From: an uncultured Dorea sp. | GTDB lineage: Bacteria > Bacillota > Clostridia > Lachnospirales > Lachnospiraceae | DNA length: 64,000 bases | Assembly: GCA_964650695.1 (NCBI GenBank) | Contig: CAZYVA010000001.1 | Location: forward strand, 1,970-65,969 | Reading direction: 5' to 3' | Shown here: positions 57,209-64,000 of the stretch, piece by piece | Layout of the letters: the number at the start of each line of letters is the position of its first letter | Numbering within the stretch: position 1 is the first letter of the stretch | The notes under the pieces: model-generated | The model's database searches: none | What the model saw: only the letters and a program-made list of their open reading frames with translations | Told to the model about the DNA's origin: nothing | Made by a program: the position numbers and the translations under genes

Positions 57209-58888
57209 TTATCTGCCTACAACTCCAGTGCCTGTGATCAGCCTCTCCAAAATCTCATCCAGGGTCGTCATCAGACGCGCCGCCGCGTTATAAGACTGCT
57301 GGTAGCGCATCAGGTTGGTCGCTTCCTCGTCCAGGGATACGCCCGAAATCGACTCCCTGGAATCCTCGACCTGGTTCGCCACGGACAGGTGGTTTTCCAG
57401 CATGGTCGAGGATGCCTGGCGTTCAATCGCCTGTGTATTCCAGATATTGGTATAGCCTTCCGCCAATGTCCCCCTGAACACCACCTTTGATCCATCGCCT
57501 GTGGTGAATTCATAAGAATCCGTACTCAGGGCGTTGATCATCTTGAGTACATTGGTATTGGCCGTGCTTCCGGTCTCGCCGTCCGCCGCCGTCTTGACGG
57601 AAATCAGGCCCGTCACCCAATCCTCGTTCAGCCGGATATTTGATGCGGTAAATGTGTCAGACCCGTCTGTCGTCACAAATAAATCCTGCCTCACCATCTC
57701 ATATTCAAAAAGGGGATTGCCATCCGAATCGTAAAGGACGTTCCCGTCCGAATCCGTCTGATAGACGTAATTCCCATTTTCATCCGTCTTATAGACAGGA
57801 TTCCCATCCTCATCCAGCTTCTGCGTTGCGTTCAGGTCGTTCAAAACCGTCGCGAACTGGTTGATGAATGAGTCGAAAGACTGGATATAATACCCTATCC
57901 CCTTCACATCCGTCGCCGGAGTGTCATATGCCTCCGATTTATTGAGCATATCCAAATCGCCTTTGAGTACGCCGTTCTCCAGCATATCCGCAGCGTTCCC
58001 GGACACTGTCCCCTCAGCGTCCGTAAAATAAAGCCTCATCGGCACCGTCGCGTTCCCGTCCTCATCGGTTGCGGTCTTCACGGAAACAGAACCGCAGTGG
58101 TTATCGGACACCAGGCTCATCTTTGTCCCGTCCGAGAGCTTGACGCTGATGTCCAGTTCGTCCACCGTGATGCCGCCGCCCAAGTTGTAATCTGTATAAG
58201 TCACGTCAATCGGGAAATACGTCGCAAGCTCATCGATCAGGGAATTCCTCTGATCCTGGAGCTCCAGCGCCGGGTTCCCCAGTACCTGGCTGTTTTTGAT
58301 CGAAATGTTCAGGTTCTTGATCTGCTCCAGCAGCGTATTGATGTCCGGCACGACGGATTCTTCCACTTTCTGGATCAGTTCGTCCTGGACGTTCTGGATA
58401 TCCGTCGCATTCTGATGGACCGTATCAAGGAAAATCTCGCACGCGGACCGGACCAGCGCGTCGGCGGTGCTTGTATCTGTATTCTCCGTCTCGGACAAGG
58501 TCTGGAGCTGGGATATGATATTTTGCAGCTTGGTGCATACCGCATCCTTATCCGTCTCATCGAATACATTCCCGATATCCGCGAGGATGGTATCCATCGC
58601 GTCAACCGTCCCTACCTTGGCAAGCTGGGCGCGGTACTGCACATCCAGGAACGCGTCCCGGATCTGGGAAACGCTTGTCATCTCCACGCCCTGCCCGACC
58701 CGGATGTCGTACTCGGAGCTGGCGAAGCCCGTCCCGACCGGCTCCAGGCTCACCACGTCCAGCCGCTGCCTGGTATAGCCCTCCGTATTGATATTAGAAA
58801 GGTTCTGCCCCGTCACATCCAAAGCCGTCTGGCTGGCGCTCATGGCACGCTGCGCTGTATTAAAACCTGCAAATGTCGAACGTATCAT
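57209..58888 (-). CDS. flgK: Flagellar hook-associated protein 1
   Basis: STFAGFNTAQRAMSASQTALDVTGQNLSNINTEGYTRQR is the rod/hook N-terminal motif. The C-terminal SGVSLDEEATNLMRYQQSYNAAARLMTTLDE is the FlgK C-terminal motif. Confidence 0.93.
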   Translation of the reverse strand: MIRSTFAGFNTAQRAMSASQTALDVTGQNLSNINTEGYTRQRLDVVSLEPVGTGFASSEYDIRVGQGVEMTSVSQIRDAFLDVQYRAQLAKVGTVDAMDTILADIGNVFDETDKDAVCTKLQNIISQLQTLSETENTDTSTADALVRSACEIFLDTVHQNATDIQNVQDELIQKVEESVVPDINTLLEQIKNLNISIKNSQVLGNPALELQDQRNSLIDELATYFPIDVTYTDYNLGGGITVDELDISVKLSDGTKMSLVSDNHCGSVSVKTATDEDGNATVPMRLYFTDAEGTVSGNAADMLENGVLKGDLDMLNKSEAYDTPATDVKGIGYYIQSFDSFINQFATVLNDLNATQKLDEDGNPVYKTDENGNYVYQTDSDGNVLYDSDGNPLFEYEMVRQDLFVTTDGSDTFTASNIRLNEDWVTGLISVKTAADGETGSTANTNVLKMINALSTDSYEFTTGDGSKVVFRGTLAEGYTNIWNTQAIERQASSTMLENHLSVANQVEDSRESISGVSLDEEATNLMRYQQSYNAAARLMTTLDEILERLITGTGVVGR

Positions 58889-58921
58889 TTCTGCATTCCT
58901 CCTGTATTCCTCTCTCCTGCG

Positions 58922-59365
58922 TCATGCTTTCCGGTCCGTTATATGCCGGGCCTGCGTTTCTCTTGTCCCATCTCCGTTATAGGCGCCGCTTTGCTGCATG
59001 GCTTTATTGATCATGTGGAGATTGTTCTTCAACATCTCATTCGCATCTTCATTGACGTTCCGGAACTTCTGGAGTTCCTGGTCAAACGCCTCAAACAAAG
59101 GCAATAACTTTTCCCTCTCCTTTGCAGGCGCCTGATCCAGGATCTCCCGGAACCGCAGCCCGCCGTACCCGGCTTTCTCCTGGCATGCCGCCAGCTTTTT
59201 TTCCAGCCCCCGGAGGTTCATGATCATCGCCTGCTCCTTGTTCATGCAGTCCTCCACCGCCGCAACGTGGTTGTCCCGAAGGGCTTTGAGCTTCATCTGC
59301 TCCACGGCGGTAAATTGCTTAAACAGGCTTGTCATCTCCGTAATTACCTTTTGAAATTCCTTCAT
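58922..59365 (-). CDS. flgN: FlgN-like flagellar export chaperone
   Basis: 147-aa helical protein between flgM and flgK. 4-nt overlap with flgM. The call rests mostly on position and helical character. Confidence 0.65.
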   Translation of the reverse strand: MKEFQKVITEMTSLFKQFTAVEQMKLKALRDNHVAAVEDCMNKEQAMIMNLRGLEKKLAACQEKAGYGGLRFREILDQAPAKEREKLLPLFEAFDQELQKFRNVNEDANEMLKNNLHMINKAMQQSGAYNGDGTRETQARHITDRKA

Positions 59366-59679
59366 TCAGCTATATACCCTTTCCATAAAAGCATCCTTGC
59401 GGCAATCTGGTCTGCGTCCGGGCGGTAAGTCCCGTCTTGTACCTGCTGCTTCAGGCTTTCCAGCTTCTCCGGGGCGGTCACAGCCCGCACATCGGTGACT
59501 ACGCTTTGCGTAGCTTCCCCTGCGATCCTCTTTTCCGCCGCCGAGAACCAATCGGAGCCGACAATGACCCGATCGATATTCTTCCCGGCAGCCGCATCGC
59601 TGGAAGCGGTATCCCTTGTCTTAGGCTTGAAGGCCATATTGTCATAACGCCTGATCGCGCTGTCAACAGCTATCTTCAT
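59362..59679 (-). CDS. flgM: Anti-sigma-28 factor FlgM
   Basis: 105 aa. The C-terminal KLESLKQQVQDGTYRPDADQIAARML matches the FlgM sigma-28-binding helix region. Confidence 0.85.
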   Translation of the reverse strand: MKIAVDSAIRRYDNMAFKPKTRDTASSDAAAGKNIDRVIVGSDWFSAAEKRIAGEATQSVVTDVRAVTAPEKLESLKQQVQDGTYRPDADQIAARMLLWKGYIAE

Positions 59680-59885
59680 TTCCTCATCTCCTTACCTGCC
59701 TTGCGAACATACTTCCTATCTCTATCCATACCCGTAACTGTCCAGTACCTTCACAGCTACGATGCAAAATCCATGGAAATCTGCTTCGCAGATGGGATTT
59801 TACACGCTTGGATCCTGTCCTTACAGTCTTGGCGGCACGCGCTTCAACCTGTGCTTAACAATTACTAGTATTCTTCATATTTTAA

Positions 59886-59912
59886 ATATCGTCAAATCAA
59901 TGCAAATATTAA
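59886..59912 (-). promoter_or_regulatory. Possible sigma-D (sigma-28)-type promoter upstream of flgM
   Basis: Minus strand reads TTAA (59912..59909), 15 nt, then GACGATAT (59893..59886). Compare the recalled consensus TAAA-N15-GCCGATAT. It sits ~200 nt upstream of flgM, so it is tentative. Confidence 0.3.
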
Positions 59913-59922
59913 GTTTCTTTTC

Positions 59923-60687
59923 CTACATTTCACATTTTCTTTTTCTTCGCCTGAGCCTGCGCTCCTCCATAATCTCCCGCTCTACAAAAATATCCCCTGC
60001 TTTGACGTCATAGACGCCGTTCCTTACATCCGCTACTTTCACGCCCGCCGCAAGCGTGACCACCCTTTTTTTCATAATGCTTACCAGTTCCCGGTCATGG
60101 CATGCCACAACGACCGTGATCCCCATCCGGTTGATTTCATCCACCAGGCACATGAGATCCCAGGAAGAAGATGGATCCAGGTTGGCCGTCGGCTCATCGA
60201 GGACCAGGATATCCGGATCCGTCACCAGCGCCCTGGCAAGCAAAGCCCGCGCCTGCTCCCCGCCGGAAAGCTCCTGGGGGAAGCTTGCCCCCTTGTCCGG
60301 GATCCCGACCGTCTTTAACGTCTGCGCCGTCCTTTTCCTGGCCAGCGAAGGCGGCTGATCCGTCGCGTACATAGCAAGCTCGATATTCTGCCGGATGGTC
60401 TGCTCCGCCAAAAGCCCCATATCCGCCTGCATGATCCCAAAATTCCTTCGGTACAGTGGAAGCTGCTTTTCTGTCAGTTTTGAGGTGCAGCTTGCACCGA
60501 CCCACACCTCGCCTTTTGTTGGAAGCTCCTGCCCGCTTAAAAGCCGCAGGAGAGTGCTTTTTCCCGAACCGCTGCGCCCGGTGACAAACACAAATTCGCC
60601 CTCCTCAATCGTCAGGGAGACATCCTCCAACGCTACCGTATCCACCCTATAAATCTTTGTCAGGCCCTTTAGCTCGATCTCCTTCAT
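59923..60687 (-). CDS. FtsE-like ABC ATPase with no adjacent permease gene
   Basis: Start MKEIELKGLTKIY (60687) behind GAGGGA; the track begins at a GTG at 60705. Walker [45 protein letters not shown] and MKKRVVTL share FtsE-specific blocks with the ftsE at 12999..13676. Basic tail RRLRRRKRK. Confidence 0.85.
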   Translation of the reverse strand: MKEIELKGLTKIYRVDTVALEDVSLTIEEGEFVFVTGRSGSGKSTLLRLLSGQELPTKGEVWVGASCTSKLTEKQLPLYRRNFGIMQADMGLLAEQTIRQNIELAMYATDQPPSLARKRTAQTLKTVGIPDKGASFPQELSGGEQARALLARALVTDPDILVLDEPTANLDPSSSWDLMCLVDEINRMGITVVVACHDRELVSIMKKRVVTLAAGVKVADVRNGVYDVKAGDIFVEREIMEERRLRRRKRKCEM

Positions 60688-60800
60688 CCGTTCCCTCACA
60701 AACACAAAAATGCCGACTTCGCAAGCGAATTCCCCTTCACTTCCTGATCGACATCTTTTGTCCGACTTTCAACAACCATTCCCGTACCGCAACGTCATGC

Positions 60801-61226
60801 TTACACAGCGCCTTTTTTTGCATAATGCGAATCCTGTCCAGCCAGCTTACGGTTCATGTTGCGGTCTACAACCATCACCCTTTCCCATAGGCTCCTCACA
60901 TTCCCGGCAACCCGTAGGAGCGCCGCCCCCTCTTTCCCATATGGGGTTTCGGAAACCGGTTCCTTCCCCTTGACGGCTTCGGCAATCCACTGGGAAACCT
61001 CGGCCGGCGCACTGTCACGCAATAGGAAAATATGTTTATCATATTCACGTATTTTGTTCAGTTCCTCTTCGCGCATCTCCAACAGCATCTGCACGCTGAC
61101 CCTGTCATTGCGCGAAAGCGTCTGCGCCATCTCTTCCGTCAGCCTGCTGACCTCCGACATCGTATTGTACTTTTTCTGGAGAAGCTTGGCGATCTCCGTC
61201 AGTAAATCCTGATACTGGTTTTCCAT
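60801..61226 (-). CDS. Helical hypothetical protein in the FliT position (possible flagellar chaperone)
   Basis: ~141 aa from MENQYQDLL (61226); the track starts at 61265, overlapping fliS. It lies directly downstream of fliS as fliT does in B. subtilis. No sequence motif recognised. Confidence 0.5.
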   Translation of the reverse strand: MENQYQDLLTEIAKLLQKKYNTMSEVSRLTEEMAQTLSRNDRVSVQMLLEMREEELNKIREYDKHIFLLRDSAPAEVSQWIAEAVKGKEPVSETPYGKEGAALLRVAGNVRSLWERVMVVDRNMNRKLAGQDSHYAKKGAV

Positions 61227-61233
61227 AAGCCCG

Positions 61234-61596
61234 TCACACTTTCTTTTCTGCTTCCGCAAACGCATCCCGCAGTTCTTTCATAAGCGGCGTCAACTCATCG
61301 ATAACCTCTTTCTTCCTGCCTGCCGACAAGCGGACCAACTCATAAAGGAAAAACTCATACAACCGATCCAGTTGCCTGCTGATATCATATTCAAAATTCA
61401 ATGTCTTTCTCAGATAATCGATGATCTCCCTGCTTCTCTGTACAGATGCGTCAAAGAGGGAATAGTCCGCCCGCTCAAGCGCGATCTCCGCCCGTTTCAT
61501 CCTTTTCAGCAATTCATCATACAGAAGGATCAACATCTCACCCGGCGTCATTGTCAAAATCGTCTGTTCTTTATATGTCTGATATCCATTTGCCAT
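61234..61596 (-). CDS. fliS: Flagellar export chaperone FliS
   Basis: 120 aa. YKEQTILTMTPGEMLILLYDELLKRMKRA...I..L...L fits the four-helix FliS pattern. Confidence 0.92.
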   Translation of the reverse strand: MANGYQTYKEQTILTMTPGEMLILLYDELLKRMKRAEIALERADYSLFDASVQRSREIIDYLRKTLNFEYDISRQLDRLYEFFLYELVRLSAGRKKEVIDELTPLMKELRDAFAEAEKKV

Positions 61597-61752
61597 CTTT
61601 TATTCTTTCCCTCTTTTCCCCTGATTGCTTTTTCCTAACGCTGCAAGAGCGTATTCCTGCCTCCCGATCATGTATAACGGCGCAAAGTTGCGTACCCGCC
61701 TGCCCGGACGTCTCCGCCAATGTCTTGCAGGCGGGTACACAGCCAGAGGTTT

Positions 61753-64000
61753 CTATGCATACAAGGAACTGAGGTAGCTTGCCTGGGAATTCATCTGGGC
61801 GATCAACGTCTCCAATAACGTAAACTGCGATGAATAACGGTCGATCTCCGTCTGCAGCTTGTCATTGAGCTGGTCAATATAGTCATCCAGGTCATCGATC
61901 TCTGTCTGGATGGAATTGCTCAGGATCGTGGTCGGCGCATGGGTGGAACCCGCGCGCGTCACCAGGATGCCTTTGGTAGCCCCTGTCGTAGATCCGTACT
62001 GCTCCATCACCGAATTGATCTTTGTGAGCAGGCCGTCCTGCGTGGTCCCGTCCGATTCCCGGTTGAGGACTTCATACACTGCGTCCGGGTCTTCCTCCAG
62101 TGCCGCACGGAACGCATCTTCATCAAAGACAAGCTTTCCATTGTCCGAATAGCTGGTGGACGTCGATATCCCCATATCCATCAAAGTGATACGGTCCTTT
62201 CCACTGACAACCGACCGCAGAGCGTCCGACAGCATACGCAGGTCACTGTCGCCAAACAGCAGGCCGGAGTTCGCTTTTTCTTCCCATGCCGTAATTTCGC
62301 TTTCCGTCATTTCCGCTTTCTGCTCGTCGGTCAGCGGCTGGTAATCCCTGTCCGGCTTCGTGGTGAGTTCGGTGTTAACAAGATCCACAAGCTCATTGTA
62401 GGCGTCGATCATCCCCTTCACAGCGGATACAGCCGCGTCCGCATCCACGCTGGCCTCAAAGGAGACGGCTTCGGTGTCGATCGCATTGCCATCCGCATCA
62501 TAGCCAAACGCTTCCTTCAACGTAATGCTCAGCCCGTCCATCGTCAGCGTGTTCGTCCCGCGGGTGATCTCGACCTCCTGGCTGGAACCTGCGTATTGCA
62601 CGCTGAGTACGGCATCCTGGCCGGCGGTATAATTGTCATCCGTGATTGCGCCAAATAAAGCGGAAGCAATGTTCCGGTCCGTACCATCCTCTCCTGTCAC
62701 CGTATCGAATGTGATCCCACCGCTCGCCCCGTCTTCGGTGGAAGTTAGGACAAACTGGTTCGTCAGCGACTGGTACTCCACTTTGACGCCCATATCCTCG
62801 TTGCTGTTAATCTTGCTTATGATGGATGAGATCGACTCATCCTTCCCAACCGTGATGCTCACACCATTGATGGAAAGGGTATAATTGCCGTCCGCGTCCG
62901 CCAGGCTGGCGTTGGCCGCGTCCATGTCCTCCAGGGTGCCGGACAGGTTCACCCTGTTCGCCGTCCCCGACTTCACGCCAAAAGCGCTGTCCGATGTAAT
63001 CGCGAAAGTGGAAGACGAATCCACCGTATAACCTGTGTAAAGCCCTGTATCCGCATCTTTCGTACCAGTCCCGGCCTTGATGGTCGTAAACGTAAGCCCT
63101 CCATCCTCAATGCCTACCGCGATCCTGCCGGAACCGTAAGTCTTATCAAGCTGCGTCTGCAAATCTTTCGCGACATCCGCCAACGTAGCGCTCCCGTCCG
63201 TATAGTCGTCCAGTGTGATCCAGGTCGCAGTCCCGTTATAGGCAAACTGCATCCGCTGCCCGCTGATCTTCTCCGCCAGGCTCTTGGTCAGGTGCGTATC
63301 CGCCGCGTCCCCGTCCGCTCTTGTGACAGTAAAGACGCCTTCATTTTCCGGATCTTCCTCGACTTCGAACCCCAGGTTTTTCAAAATATCCGCGCTGCCG
63401 GTCCCGGAAAAGCTGACACTTTCTTCAGCCTCAAATTTGAAATTGCCATTTTCATCCGCAGTGACGCTCATAACGTCTGACAGTTTCTTTTCGTTGCCAT
63501 CCGCATCCTTGACCGTCGTTTCGGCAAGGGCGTCATTGACCGCCTGCGCGGTCGCTGCCGCTACTTCCGCGTCAGTCGTGCATCCGGACAGGTCGATATC
63601 CCCGATCTTCACTTCATAAGTCTCATCGCCGTACTTCACAGACAGCGTCTGCCCCGCCACTGTGCTGATCCCGGTATCGATATCCGTCAGCGCCGTCCCC
63701 GCGGCCGCACCGAGGAGCAGATCCCCTGTCTTAAGCGTCGGGTCAATGCCGACAGACGCCGTCATCGTCGCGTTCTTCGCAAGCTGCTTCACCCTTGCGA
63801 TAGACATCAGGTTCGTCGTGGTCGCCGCCCCCGATACCGACACTTTGCTGCTATTCGCCCCCAGCGCGGCAACCTTGCTCCTCGAAAACAGTGTTGAGGA
63901 AGTCAGGTTTGAGGCAGATGAGTAAGATGTATAGGTATTTGTGAAATTATACATCAGATCCGTAATGTTGCGGATCGCCGTCTGCGTCCAGGTGAGCTTC
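61753..64000 (-). CDS. fliD: Flagellar filament cap protein FliD. The 5' end probably lies beyond the window end.
   Basis: The frame stays open upstream of the track's first Met (63954) to the window edge. It reads ...KLTWTQTAIRNITDLMYNF, which resembles the FliD N-terminal helix (compare B. subtilis TLEWQRDEYRSMNSLL). The C-terminal DDYIDQLNDKLQTEIDRYSSQFTLLETLIAQMNSQASYLSS is the FliD C-terminal helix. Confidence 0.88.
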   Translation of the reverse strand, partial: KLTWTQTAIRNITDLMYNFTNTYTSYSSASNLTSSTLFSRSKVAALGANSSKVSVSGAATTTNLMSIARVKQLAKNATMTASVGIDPTLKTGDLLLGAAAGTALTDIDTGISTVAGQTLSVKYGDETYEVKIGDIDLSGCTTDAEVAAATAQAVNDALAETTVKDADGNEKKLSDVMSVTADENGNFKFEAEESVSFSGTGSADILKNLGFEVEEDPENEGVFTVTRADGDAADTHLTKSLAEKISGQRMQFAYNGTATWITLDDYTDGSATLADVAKDLQTQLDKTYGSGRIAVGIEDGGLTFTTIKAGTGTKDADTGLYTGYTVDSSSTFAITSDSAFGVKSGTANRVNLSGTLEDMDAANASLADADGNYTLSINGVSITVGKDESISSIISKINSNEDMGVKVEYQSLTNQFVLTSTEDGASGGITFDTVTGEDGTDRNIASALFGAITDDNYTAGQDAVLSVQYAGSSQEVEITRGTNTLTMDGLSITLKEAFGYDADGNAIDTEAVSFEASVDADAAVSAVKGMIDAYNELVDLVNTELTTKPDRDYQPLTDEQKAEMTESEITAWEEKANSGLLFGDSDLRMLSDALRSVVSGKDRITLMDMGISTSTSYSDNGKLVFDEDAFRAALEEDPDAVYEVLNRESDGTTQDGLLTKINSVMEQYGSTTGATKGILVTRAGSTHAPTTILSNSIQTEIDDLDDYIDQLNDKLQTEIDRYSSQFTLLETLIAQMNSQASYLSSLYA

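Noticed and set aside
58097-59107. A 336-aa plus-strand ORF in the flagellar region. Similar long antisense ORFs lie at 41512..42543, 9554..10294, 28442..29272 and 32087..32782.
   Set aside because: All lie opposite genes with strong family signatures (flgK, ltaS-like, ctpA, the response regulator, and the second Big_2 paralogue at 32288..34540). All have the biased composition expected of antisense frames.

Overview
This 64 kb window comes from a moderately GC-rich, spore-forming, flagellated Firmicute. A Clostridia/Lachnospiraceae-type origin is my inference from gene content, an alpha/beta-type SASP gene and AddAB. About 55 of roughly 58 genes are on the minus strand. Only a PucR regulator, the tmRNA gene and a Y-family polymerase/YolD pair are on the plus strand.

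Most of the window is housekeeping:
- ychF (partial), pyrC-pyrF-pyrK-pyrD, and ftsE-ftsX with a coiled-coil M23 peptidase and a CtpA-like protease
- addB-addA, dapF, ung, hisH-hisF, an OmpR/HK two-component pair, ssrA (tmRNA), thrC and leuC-leuD
- a late flagellar block: fliD (5' partial)-fliS-X-ABC, then flgM-flgN-flgK-flgL-DUF6470-fliW-csrA

Accessory content:
- a PucR-controlled module of two membrane proteins plus an amidohydrolase
- two tandem paralogous Big_2-repeat secreted proteins with an unassigned Cys/His C-terminal domain next to ssrA
- a sortase-type surface adhesin with Cna-B/SpaA-like domains and a possible thioester domain
- a PHP phosphoesterase and an LtaS-family enzyme with an extra C-terminal domain
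- a MacAB/YknXYZ-like exporter next to a MalT/LuxR STAND regulator

I found no transposase, integrase, prophage, CRISPR array, tRNA/rRNA or recognisable defence system. None of the findings amounts to a clear-cut novel system. The best second-look candidates are an orphan FtsE paralogue embedded in the flagellar cluster, the tandem Big_2/Cys-His proteins, the candidate thioester adhesin with its long leader, and the PucR/membrane-pair/amidohydrolase module. All functional calls rest on motif recognition by eye, not on database searches.
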